Shown: positions 1 to 11,009, counted from the first letter of the stretch. The stretch is 47,435 nt of DNA from Octopus bimaculoides (GCF_001194135.2 NC_068982.1:12595032-12642466), one strand, 5' to 3'. The notes: generated from the letters alone by a model not told the origin. Made by a program: numbers and translations.

Positions 1-317
1 GGAAGCCCCCAGCACGATGTCCGACATGACCGTTGAAGTCTCCAGCCACAAAGAGAAGGTCCCTGTCACTCGTCGACGAGGTAGTTTGCAAGAGGGTGTC
101 ATAGAATTGGTCTTTCAGACCATCTGGTAGCCCAGGTTGAGGTGCATAGGCTGAGATGACAGTAGCTAATCTATGATGAAGCACTAGTCTGATCTTAAGT
201 ACTCTGTCACTTACTCTAACGACCTCGATTACCTTATCCACCCATTTCTCCGCTAGAAGTATTCCTACGCCCCCGACCCCGTCAGTGTTCCCTGCCCAGA
301 AAATCTTGTACCTGTGT
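1..317 (-). mobile_element. RTE-clade LINE ORF2 fragment, apurinic/apyrimidinic endonuclease domain; 5'-truncated, continues beyond window start
   Basis: Manual minus-strand translation from 310 is open to base 1: YKIFWAGNTDGVGGVGILLAEKWVDKVIEVVRVSDRVLKIRLVLHHRLATVISAYAPQPGLPDGLKDQFYDTLLQTTSSTSDRDLLFVAGDFNGHVGHRAGGF. It has the GVG, SAYAP and GDFNGHVG motifs of APE domains. It is absent from the ORF track because it lacks a start codon. Confidence 0.93.
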
Positions 318-409
318 ATGTATATATATATACCTGTGTATACCTTGTACCTGTGTATGTATGTATATATATATGTATATATGTATGTATATGTACATGT
401 ATATCCATA

Positions 410-764
410 CATGACCGATGCCAGGGCTGCCTGACTTGCTCTCGTGCTGGTAGCATGTAAAAAGCAAGATCTGAACGTGGCCTATGCCAGTGCCCCCTGA
501 CTGGCTCCCATGCCAGTGGCAAGTAAAAAGCACTATCCAAAAGTGATTAATGCCAGGCCCGCCTGACTGGCCCCTGTGCTGGTGGCATATAAAAAGTACC
601 CACTATACTCTCGGAGTGGTTAGCATTAGGAAGGGCATCCAACTATAGAAACATTGCCAGATCAAATTGGGGCCTGGTGCAGCCTTCTGGCTCTCCAGAC
701 CTCAATCAAACCGTCCAATCCATGCCAGCATGGAAAACTGACGTTAAACGATGATGATGATGAT
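410..764 (+). mobile_element. SINE-like retroposon (family D here) with (GAT)n tail and internal 66-bp tandem repeats; 5'-truncated
   Basis: Ends CATGCCAGCATGGAAAACTGACGTTAAACG(ATG)n. Three units start at 420, 486 and 552. Related copies lie at 8.24, 15.0, 30.1 and 39.05 kb. Confidence 0.8.
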
Positions 765-1317
765 ATATATAAAATCAGTGAAGAAAGCAACTCTATCTGG
801 TGAGAGATAAATATTATTTAATGTACACAGTGTGTAGTTTTGAATTACTTATAATTCCATACATTGAAAACATTATGTAGGCAGGTTTTCAAACATGCCT
901 AGGTAATGTCTTTACTGTATGAAACTGTTAATAGCTCATAACTATATATTATGTATATTAAACAATGTATTGTGTGAATATATACATATGTGTGTGTGTC
1001 TGTGTGTGTGTGTGTGTATGTATGTGTGCATGTATGTGTGTGTATGTATATATATATATGAATATTCCCGATTCCCGATTCCGTATTCCCGAGCGTCATA
1101 CTAATATATCCTTTTGTTATTTACACCACCTGTCCTCATCTGTTGTTATTATTTGTATATTCTCCCATATATATATGCATATATATATATAGATCTCTAT
1201 ATACAAATATATGAATATATATATATTTGTTGTGTAAGATCCCTGGTGTGAAACCATGTGTTCAAACAGATATTGTTTTCATTTACAACTATCACATGAT
1301 ATCAAGACAAGGAGACA

Positions 1318-1362
<45 letters not shown>

Positions 1363-3455
1363 ACATACGGTGGGATTCTTTCAGTTTCTGTGCATGCATA
1401 CATGTATGTGCAACAGGCCTCGACAGTTGCATATATGCTTTTATATCTGTCTATGAAATTGCGCTGACATGGCATGTATCATCAGGTTATAGATGATGAT
1501 ATCATCCTAAGATGCTGTCTAATAGGATTGAACACTTAACCATATGGTTACAAAGTGCACTTCTTAATTATACGGATATGTTCATCTATAATGAACAGGT
1601 TTATATTCTTAATTACTACCATAAATAAATATCACCTTTGTTCTAAATATATCAAAAATAGTTTGGTCATCTTTTGGCTTTTGTGGAAGCTTATTTAATT
1701 AGTGACAAGTATATCTTAGGTTTATTCACAAGATGCAATGCAATCATCCAGAAAAAGATTCTAAAAGTATGTATGAGTGGTACTTTGCAATTTAGCAAAT
1801 GGTTTGGAAGCAACTTCTAATCAAATTGTATGCTATATTTGGAATATCTTCAGGAATGTCAAATTTTTCAATAATGTATTACAGAATAATCAAAGTGAAA
1901 CTCTACGACTTTATATGGAAATAATTACAAAATCTAATTTGAAGATATGAACTGCTGTCTTATTCACACTTGATTAATTGGCTTTCTGGTAACAATGAAT
2001 AACAATTTCTCTTTCTTCTTAACATATAATATAGGAAATATCTGACTTATTCTCAACCATTGACTATTGGTTTTAACTAAAAGCATTTTACTTCTACATA
2101 ATTTAGCATGAAAGTATGCAATTTTGTATATTTTGTAAAATGACTTGAGTTATGTATGAATTAATATGAAAATAGGTTGTTATAAAAAAATCTATTTTGA
2201 CATATTTGACAAAAACTGATTGACGTTGAATATATTCTTCATCAAAACCAAGGAAAATTCTAAGATATCAGAACTTCAAAAATGGTAATACTTTGTCGTT
2301 TTTTTCCCCAGCATGAATCATCGAAGAAGAATTTGAAGTTATTTTTCTAATTTGCATTATTGAAATTGATCTTACTCTTCTACTTTGTATTATTATCATT
2401 CAACATAAAAAAAGGAAACAAAAGAGAAAAAAAAAAGAAACTAACAAAAATAGGAAACAAAATACCAAAAATTCTCTTTCCATTGCTTGAATAAATCAGC
2501 AAAATGAAGGAGAATATATGTTAGAAATGGCTCAAGTAAAGGAATAAATCAAATATGTTTAGACAGAATTTTATATATTTATATATGATTGAAATTTTAT
2601 TAGATGATGCTTCTTCTATTCATGGCTTCTTACCTTCACTTTATCTATTAAATTTATTTCTGGACACTAATTAGAACAAACTCATGCATGACTAGTTTTG
2701 GCTTACATTCAACGCATTTTTAGACAGAGGAGAAAATTCAACAACCCTCACCCATTTTAAAGCCTCCAGCATTGATATAAGAAAGGAAAAATGTTATCCT
2801 CAGATTAACAACTTGGCTGAAATACTTGCAACTGAGAGGAATCTGTTATAGGCAATCCAGGGCCAAGTGGCAGTGATAAACAATTTGCATAATGTTTCAG
2901 TGATATTTATACCTAAATCATTTGCTTTGCCTTTGGTCTGATACATAACTTAGTACTGATATAATTTTGTTGTAACTCTAATTTCACAGAATATTGTTTA
3001 ATGATGTGTAGAGGCATCTGAGATTTTCTAGTGTTGTGATTTTTGCATCTTGAAAACAAAAAAAGTATTTTGTATGAGTTGTAAAAATATTTTGTTAAAT
3101 TTTTTTGTTTCGATTAAAAAAAGTTTTATTTGTATATATGAATATGTATATGTATATGCATGTATATATATTATATGTATATGAATGTGTGCATGTCTAT
3201 ACACACACACACACACATATATATATTAAGCACACGCACACACACACACACACACATATATATTTATATATATATATATATATATATANNNNNNNNNNNN
3301 NNNNNNNNNNNNNNNNNNNNNNNNNNNNNNNNNNNNNNNNNNNNNNNNNNNNNNNNNNNNNNNNNNNNNNNNNNNNNNNNNNNNNNNNNNNNNNNNNNNN
3401 NNNNNNNNNNNNNNNNNNNNNNNNNNNNNNNNNNNNNNNNNNNNATATATTAAAC

Positions 3456-3504
<49 letters not shown>

Positions 3505-4324
3505 GCAAAGAGAATGTAACTGGATTTAAGTTAACAGTTATTTTTATTTCTTATCTGTATGTATTGAAAGCTATCACTATAATAACATACTTGCCAGTTT
3601 AATTCCTGTAAATACTTTGTTTTGTGTCATTGAACATATAATATTCTACAGGATGTGAATGACATCATTCAATACAAGTTGCTAGAAAATGGGTGACAGT
3701 TTGGTTGTTTGGCTATATGATTATGGTTATCACACAAAAAAAAAAGAAAGAAAAAATAGGAAAAACAAAAACTCAGTTATAAAACCTGTGCAGTAAGCAC
3801 TTAGAAATGTCTAAAATTATAAACCCATCCATCCAACCAAAAACTGTAAGAAAATATCCTGCTCTTTAACATCCCTCTAGGAAATAGAGAAATGAAGTCC
3901 AAATTAAATTGTCATTTATTGACTTTAATGATTGATCACTGAAAATTGCTTGAACTTTTTGATTTATGAACTGAAGTAGTTTCAGTTAGAGAGGAAATAT
4001 GTAATTTATATTATATGAATCAAGAAGTATGTTGTGTTAAAAAAAAAAAAAGACATGCAACTTATTAATAGTACCATCTTGTTCTGTTACTTCATACAAT
4101 TTGGACCAATAAAAAAAATCCCAAAGCAGTTGCTTGATCTGTTTGAAATAGCAGCCCTATATCAGTTGTGATCACTGTAAACCTAAAAATCAAAGTATTC
4201 TAGTCATAACTATATCATCTTATTTTTAGATAATATTAGTGGAAATACCTGGCATTGCCTGGGTTAAAGAAAATAATGAAATTAAAAAATGTCTTTTAGA
4301 TCTCTCACTAACATGAAACATATA

Positions 4325-4479
4325 GGCGTAGGAGTGGCTGTGTGGTAAGTAGCTTGCTTAGGAACCACATGGTTCCAGGTTCAGTCCCACTGTGTGGCAC
4401 CTTGGGCAAGTGTCTTCTACTATAGCCTCGGGCCAACCAAAAGTGAATTTGGTAGACGGAAACTGAAAGAAGCCTGTCG

Positions 4480-4524
<45 letters not shown>

Positions 4525-4748
4525 ATGTATGTGTTTGTGTGTCTGTGTTTGTCCCCCCAACATCGCTTTACAACCAATGCTGGTGTGTTTATGTCCCCGT
4601 AACTTAGCGGTTCGGCAAAAGAGACCTATAGAATAAGTACTAGGCTTACAAAGAATAAGTCCTGGGGTCGATGTATTCGACTAAAGGCGGTGCTCCAGCA
4701 TGGCCGCAGTCAAATAACTGAAACAGGTAAAAGAGCAAAGAGTAAGAG
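4325..4748 (+). mobile_element. Full-length tRNA-derived SINE (family A) with CORE-like domain and internal (TA)n(TG)n microsatellite
   Basis: A box TGGCTGTGTGG at 4335-4345 and B box GGTTCAGTCCC at 4378-4388. GCACCTTGGGCAAGTG resembles the CORE-SINE domain. The 3' half ends GCATGGCCGCAGTCAAATAACTGAAACAGGTAAAAGAG. More than 12 related copies occur in the window. Confidence 0.88.
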
Positions 4749-5015
4749 TATATATATATATATATATGAATATAAAAATGAGCATTTCAAAAGCAGGAGA
4801 ATATCCCTAGAAAACGATGAGTGATCTGGAAGACCTGCCATGAGCATCACCCCAAAAATGTGGTATTGTACATCAAGAATTCATTCCCCAGGGCCAGACC
4901 ACCAATCGAGAGTTCTACAGCGATATTTTGAAGCATTTGAGGGAGAATATTCAGCAAAAGTGACTGGATATGTGGAGCATGAAAAATTGAATTCTTCATG
5001 ACAACAATGCACCCT

Positions 5016-5168
5016 ATTTTTTTTTTACATTATTTACATTTGACGGATATTTGTCCTCATCTTGTTTGTTGTTAACACAACGTTTCGGCTGATATACCCT
5101 CCAGCCTTCATCAGGTGTCTTGGGGAAATTTCGAACCTGGGTTCTCATTCCTAAGGTATTTTTCGATG
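5016..5168 (-). mobile_element. Short hammerhead-bearing retroposon (Penelope-like terminal repeat type) with A-rich 3' end
   Basis: Contains CTGATGAAGGCTGGAGGGTATATCAGCCGAAACGTT on the minus strand and a T-run at 5017-5026 (poly-A on minus). The whole insertion is flanked by CACCCT duplicates at 5010-5015 and 5743-5748. Confidence 0.7.
5074..5119 (-). ncRNA. Minimal type I hammerhead ribozyme motif
   Basis: GACAC-CUGAUGA-A-GGCUG(GAGGGUAUAU)CAGCC-GAAAC-GUU-GUGUU. Full core, 5-bp stem II, 5-bp stem I, palindromic AACGUU in place of stem III, one extra A after A9. Confidence 0.75.
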
Positions 5169-5185
5169 TTATTATTATTATTATT

Positions 5186-5674
5186 TTATGTTTGACTTTT
5201 GTTTTGCATTTGTACAAGTTGGATCCAAGTCTCACCCAGAGACCTCAAGAGACAACAAGTTAGAAGTTCATGTAGGTGTTATGCCTAGGGTACCACATAT
5301 TTGGATTTGTACAGTTTTGTTCAAGTGAATGTTTAAGAAACCATAAGAAAATTATGTTTGCTTTNNNNNNNNNNNNNNNNNNNNNNNNNNNNNNNNNNNN
5401 NNNNNNNNNNNNNNNNNNNNNNNNNNNNNNNNNNNNNNNNNNNNNNNNNNNNNNNNNNNNNNNNNNNNNNNNNNNNCTTCAGCCATTTTGGGGTTTCCTG
5501 GAATCTGAGCTAGGTAGTAATCAGCCCGTTTTGCTGTCATTCCCAGGGCACCTATGACAATAGGTATTGTTTTCGTCTTCAGATTCCACATTTTGCTAAT
5601 TTCTATTGCAAGATCTTTATATTTGCTCAGTTTTTGGTAGGTCTTGACAGATACGTTTATATCGATTGGGACAG

Positions 5675-5676
<2 letters not shown>
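5186..5676 (-). mobile_element. 5'-truncated R4/Dong-like LINE (restriction-like endonuclease C-terminus plus 3' UTR) inserted in (TAA)n
   Basis: ORF track 5352..5771: TVPIDINVSVKTYQKLSKYKDLAIEISKMWNLKTKTIPIVIGALG, typical of RLE C-termini. (TTA)n flanks both sides (5169-5185 and 5677-5740). Includes gap 5365-5476. Confidence 0.85.
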
Positions 5677-5742
<66 letters not shown>

Positions 5743-6369
5743 CACCCTGTCACTGAGCTCTCCTCACTCAAGAGCTTCTCCCCAAAAACAATGTGGTATC
5801 ACTTCCTCACCTGCCCTATTTGCCAGAGTGAATCAGAGAAGGTCCTCAACTTGCACATGGGAAACGCCTTCCAGGCCAGATTCCAAAAGTGGCAGGAATA
5901 CTGGAACCAGTGTATTGCAACACAAGGTGACTATTTCGAAGATGATGATGGTAAAACTTAGGTAAATAAGTTGTTTTTTATCAAACAAAACTAGTTCTGG
6001 AACTTTTTGATACCATCTTATATGTATATTTGTCTCTCTATATATCTACACACACACACACACAAACATATATACATGCACATACATATATATGTATACA
6101 TATATTTATAATCTTATTAGTTTAGTCTCTTTTTTAAATGATGTATTAATCAATTTAATATCCTGTTCTCAAAACTTTGCAATTTAGATCAAATCTATTT
6201 GTTAAGTCAAATATTTTATTGATTTCATACATTTTCTATACCTACTGCCAAGCACTCAAATATTCTCTTTTCTTCATGAATTATTCATTATCGTATTTGT
6301 TATGTCCATTACCGATACAGTAAAAATAAGTGTGTCAGCTTTTTAATTCTCTATGCATTAAATATGTTA

Positions 6370-6860
6370 ACACTAGCTTACCTCTTGTTTTCCATGCAGA
6401 TGGCGTCTTTCAATTAACCAATTTCTAAACAATCCTGTCTATTCATATATTAGTATTTTTTTTCACCGATTTCTAGTAATGAACTCTATCTTAGTGTCTA
6501 AAATTTCAAGATAAAATTATATCCTATCAATAACTTTAAATAGTATATTGAAAGTCAGGCTCATTATTTGTTTGTTTTTTTTTCTTTCTATGACCATTTT
6601 TTTTCTTCTTAATCTACATTTTACTCTGTGATTCTTTATCAAAACAACTTTCTATATTTTCTCTTCTAATATTTATCTACTTTTCTTTTCAAACACATCT
6701 CCATTAAATCATTCATTCCAGAATTCCCAAATGAGTTTTCAGTTTCATCAACTTGTCCTGTCCTTTTCATAATTTCTAATTGCATTCAGTTTCCTTCCCA
6801 CCATTCAATAAATATCTAGCATTTTATTGTTGGCATCAAGTGATAAATATCTGAATAACA
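6370..6860 (-). mobile_element. Possible highly decayed LINE ORF2 remnant
   Basis: A-rich broken frames ending in LFRNWLIEKTPSAWK, similar to the LF..cl....P..WK segment before RT motif 1. Confidence 0.3.
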
Positions 6861-7846
6861 ATGAATAAAACTTTGGAGGTGAGAATTAGATCAACCACTC
6901 ACTGGTTCAATGCTTTATCTATTAAACTACCATTAGACAGCACCATGCTATTGTGATATACATATATTATTATGGAAAGAGAACATATTGCTGTGGTGTA
7001 CCTAACTTTAATCTGCCACATAGAGTGAAGTTCTTTCATATGAGAAAGTAGCCTGGCTAGATAATTTCATTAGCCACTGGAAAAATCCCATATCTATATT
7101 GCATTTACCACCTACCATTTTCTTTTGTTCCATTTTCTTTTACTTTGTTATATTTCTTTTATAATTAATCTCTGTTGAAACTGTTATGAAATAATTACCA
7201 TCTCGGCATCCTTAACTGAGAAGGAGATTGCTTAGTGGTAGGTAGAATGTTGCAGTAAATATGTAGTAAATAGTTTAGTCATTATATTTCTCGTTTTGAA
7301 TGTTATCACGTTGGTTCATGTTTCAGCTCTCTAATACACATATACAAGTAATGAGAACCCTCTCGCAGATTCTTCTGTGATTATCTTTAAGTAATATTAG
7401 TATTCTAACATTACTTAAAGAGGATAGTCAACATCTATAACAAAACAAAGTTGGTTGATAATAAACTAATTAAAATATCCATCAGCAATATATTTTCTGT
7501 AATGTAACTCAGGGGAAAATGTGTGAAAACGATACTTCACTTTAATAGCAGACAAACAATCATTTTCCATGACATTTTTAATGTTTCTGTCCTGTTAAGT
7601 GACACCTTTGAGAAGGTTGTGTACATACAACCATAAGCATGTAATTAAAAGTTTATTCCTCTTCCGTATATTGCCATATTTTATCCCATTACATGGTGCC
7701 TTCAGCAAGTGTCTTATTTTGTATTCTCAGATGACTAATGTCTTGTAAGTGAAAGTTAGTAGATGGGGAAAGCAGCTGGTCCATATGGTACACCTGATGA
7801 GCTACTGAAAATATCTAGTGAAATAGGACTCAGCTTAGTTCTACAT

Positions 7847-8162
7847 TTTATTTTTTTTTATGTGCCCTTTTAAAGCCCAGCCAGGCTCATGGGCAGGTTT
7901 CCTGGTTTCTATGGCATATGTGTTCCCCCCAGCTGGACGCGACACCAGTCCATTGCAGCATTACTCAAGAAACAGGAAGAAAGAGTGAGAGAAAGTTGGG
8001 GAGAAAGAGTACAACAGGGGTCGTCACCACTCCCTGCTGGAGCCTTGTGGAGCTTTTGGTGTTTTCGCTCAATAAACACACACAACGCCTGGTCTGGGAA
8101 TTGAAACTGTGATCCTCTGACCGTGAGTCCACTGCCCTAACCACTGGGCCATTGCGTCTCCA
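7847..8162 (-). mobile_element. Full-length tRNA-derived SINE (family C) with V-SINE-like domain and 13-bp TSD
   Basis: Head TGGCCCAGTGGTTAGGGCAGTGG...GTTTCAATTCCC. GCTGCAATGGACTGGTGTCGCGTCCAG resembles the V domain. A-rich tail. The TSD CTTAGTTCTACAT lies at 7834-7846 and 8163-8175. Confidence 0.88.
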
Positions 8163-8239
8163 CTTAGTTCTACATACAGTCCATTAATTTATATGTAGAG
8201 TTGTCATGCCTAATGTCTGGCGTAGCAATCAACATCACT

Positions 8240-8553
8240 ATCTGACATGTTTTCCATGCTGGCATTGGGTTGGACTGTTTGACAGGAGCTGGCAAAGCAG
8301 AGAGCTGCTTAGGTTCCAATTGTCTGTTTTCACATGGTTTCTATGGCTGGATGCCCTTCGTGACCCTAACCATTTTACAGAGTGTACTGGCACCAGCATG
8401 GGTGTTTTACACCTGGCACTAGCAAGGGTGCTGTCCTGTGGCACTGGCACAAGTGCTCCTTATGTGGAGTTGGAACAGGCGTTTTATACGTGACACTGGC
8501 ACGAGTGTTTCTTATGTGGCAGTGGCATGAGTGCCGCTCATGTGGCACTGACA
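8240..8553 (-). mobile_element. Family D SINE copy with a 26-bp minisatellite
   Basis: Plus-strand TTTTCCATGCTGGCATTGGGTTGGAC matches the family D 3' end. Seven units start at 8388, 8414, 8439, 8465, 8491, 8517 and 8543. Confidence 0.75.
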
Positions 8554-8569
8554 ATATAATCATTTATGC

Positions 8570-9035
8570 AATATTACCATTAAAGGACAAAGATGAAACT
8601 CTAGAAAAATATAAATCTAATCGACAGAAGTATCAAAATAATGGACCAAGTAATGAAAACAACAAAAGGACCTCAGCAGTGTTGATTAAGGAAAAAATCT
8701 ACAGAGATTAGATGCAGTTCCAGGCTGGGGTACCACTGATGCTTTTTTTGTCTTAGTAAGACAACTGTAAAGGTGGTGCCTAGCCTCTCTACCTAGTGTT
8801 TATTGACTCAGAGAAGGCATTTGATAGAATAACACTGTTTGTAGTTTGATTGTCACTGACAAAAAAGCAGGAGTTGAAGAATGGCTAGAGGAAGCTGTTC
8901 AAGCCATGTACAGGGAGGCAGTCAGCGAAATAAGGGTTGGAAATGGGTTCCGTGAAGAATATGGAACGCAAGTAGGTGTCCTTTGAGGCTTGATTCTCCA
9001 ATTCATTATAGTCCTCCAGGCTATATAACAGAGGG
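8570..9035 (+). mobile_element. Decayed RTE-clade reverse transcriptase fragment
   Basis: Broken frames give MDQVMKTTK, D*MQF, TTDAFF..VRQL, VFIDSEKAFDRI, GVEEWLEEAVQAMYREAVSEIRVGNGFREEYGTQVGVL*G and FIIVLQAITE, matching RT motifs 1-4. Confidence 0.8.
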
Positions 9036-10132
9036 GCTTATGTGTGTGTGTGTGTGTGTGTTTGTTTCTAGCTGTGTCCATGCCTGTGTCTATTTGTGTA
9101 TACGATTATCAATGAGTGTACTGAGTTGAGACCATTTATATCAAATGGTAACTGAGATATCTGATAAACGGGATAAATAAAATAAGTACCAGGTTAGCAT
9201 TGGGGTAGATTTGATTGACTAAACCCCATTGAAGGCATTGTACCAGCATGGCTGCAATCCAATGAATGAAACCGTTAAAACAATAAATTAATAAAATATA
9301 CATGCATTTATGTGTGTTACTGAAATTAGAGCATTATGGTAGGAAATAAATAGCTTTAAATATTACCTCACAACGAAGAAGCACATTGTTTGAAATCTCA
9401 CACCATCTGAAATTTATTCTGGTAACATTTTTCATTGTAAAGTGTCAATATGAAAAAGAAGAAAGGCACTTTTAGTATTAAATATTAAAGAAACACTTTT
9501 TAATCAAAAAGAATTATGACTTTTAACCAAACAAAAATACATCAAAGATGTTTATAAATTATGTGTTTGTTAATTATTAGTGACATTGCAAAAAATAAAA
9601 AGCAAAAACATATAAAAACAAAGATACAAAAAAACAAAACAAAAACAAACAAACAAAAGAAACGAAGCAGATCATATACTCAATTGTTGTTCAACATTCA
9701 CTGAATTTTTAATGTCTTTTACAATATTGATCTGAATCCACAAATCAGTCTTAATTTTACCCAATTTTGAATTAATCTAATATGCTTTAAATTATCTTCA
9801 GCTTAGCATTTAACATTTGTGCATATCACAAACTAAGCATTGGACCAATGAGTCTGCTGACTTGCTCGAAATAGCAACCATATCTATCCCTTTCAAATTA
9901 CATAATATCTGTGATGGGGATGAACAAAAAGGAAAGCTTTGCTAGATTAATATCAAACATAGATTTCCTTGATCAAAGACGACTAAGACTAAAGCAACAA
10001 TAACACCACCAAAGAACATGGTACTACTTATATTTTGGTTTCCAGTTTGTCTCCTAAGACATGGTTGCCAGATTAATTGTATAAATGTTACAGCATTTTC
10101 AAAAAGACTGTTGGAAAGGATCCCCAATGAAT

Positions 10133-10290
10133 ATATGTCTACATGGTTAAGGAATTTGCTTTGAAATCATATGGTTTTCGGTTCAGTCACATTGTGTGGC
10201 ACAGTGGGTAACTGACTTCTACTACAACCCTAGGCTAACCAAAGCCTTGTGAGTGGATTTAGTGGAAGGAAACAGAAATAAGCCCATCAT
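10133..10290 (+). mobile_element. Family A SINE 5' half
   Basis: B box GGTTCAGTC and core CCAAAGCCTTGTGAGTGGATTT, running into (ATAC)n. Confidence 0.75.
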
Positions 10291-10692
10291 ACATACATAC
10301 ATACATACAGGTGTTTATAAGTCATTTAAAAACACACAAAAATCTGTTAGATTCACTTCAACATTTAAATTTAATTAGCCAAAATATTTTCATTGCTTTG
10401 AGACCACGACCTGTTCACTGACAAAATTCCGTGCTGTTTATCATTATTCAGTTCCAGTTAGAATTAAGAATATGAAGAACATAAAAGCAATGATTAGCAA
10501 AAGCTAGATGATTTATATGAGAAAAGAAAATATTCAGAAGCATTAAACATTCAGAGGAATTCTTTTACATATTTTATTGGTCTGATTATATTATAATAGG
10601 AAGATAATCCAAGTTAGTAGGTACATTATATATCTGTTACCAAAGGAAATTCAGTATAAGCTTTGATATTGTAACACACCAGTTCATATAGA

Positions 10693-10695
<3 letters not shown>

Positions 10696-10742
<47 letters not shown>
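10696..10742. repeat. (TG)n microsatellite
   Basis: Directly visible. Confidence 0.95.
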
Positions 10743-10744
<2 letters not shown>

Positions 10745-11009
10745 TGTGTAGATCTTGCTGAGTTCATAAGGTGCTGGGATATTGACAAAACGATTGATGG
10801 TTTATATCCATTATTGTGCTGTTCTAAATCTATGGGAAAAGCACTTGATTTTTCATGGTATCATTGTTCCAACAGTAAATCGTTACCATGCTTAACAGTT
10901 TAGTTTCTAGAATTTTTGTACGATTGTGTGGATGGGTTCAAGTTCAAACCTAGGAAAGACATAACCCTCTTTCTTTTGTAAAAGTGGCAGACATGTAATG
11001 TTGCCAGGT

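Larger units (their letters stand above)
4780..6018 (+). mobile_element. Decayed mariner (DD34D-type) transposon, internally deleted and split by a nested insertion at 5016-5742
   Basis: Translated pieces: HFKSRRISLENDE*SGRP; GIVHQEFIPQGQTTNREFYSDILKHLRENIQQK*LDMW..ILHDNNAP | CH*ALLTQELLPKNNVVSLPHLPYLP; AFQARFQKWQEYWNQCIATQGDYFE. The right end GAACTTTTTGATACCATCT is followed by TA at 6019-6020. Confidence 0.85.

Noticed and set aside
4325-4400. SINE heads as genuine tRNA genes
   Set aside because: A and B boxes are present but there is no complete cloverleaf, and each head continues into a repeated SINE body.
7789-7835. Plus-strand CTGATGA-GCTA...TAGT-GAAA hammerhead-like string
   Set aside because: Stem II is plausible, but there is no palindromic or paired stem III and no stem I partner. 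It may be a relic, which would weaken the all-minus-strand observation, but it cannot be supported.
8388-8553. Regularly spaced repeats as a CRISPR-like array
   Set aside because: They are contiguous degenerate 26-bp tandem units with no unique spacers, in eukaryotic DNA with no cas genes.
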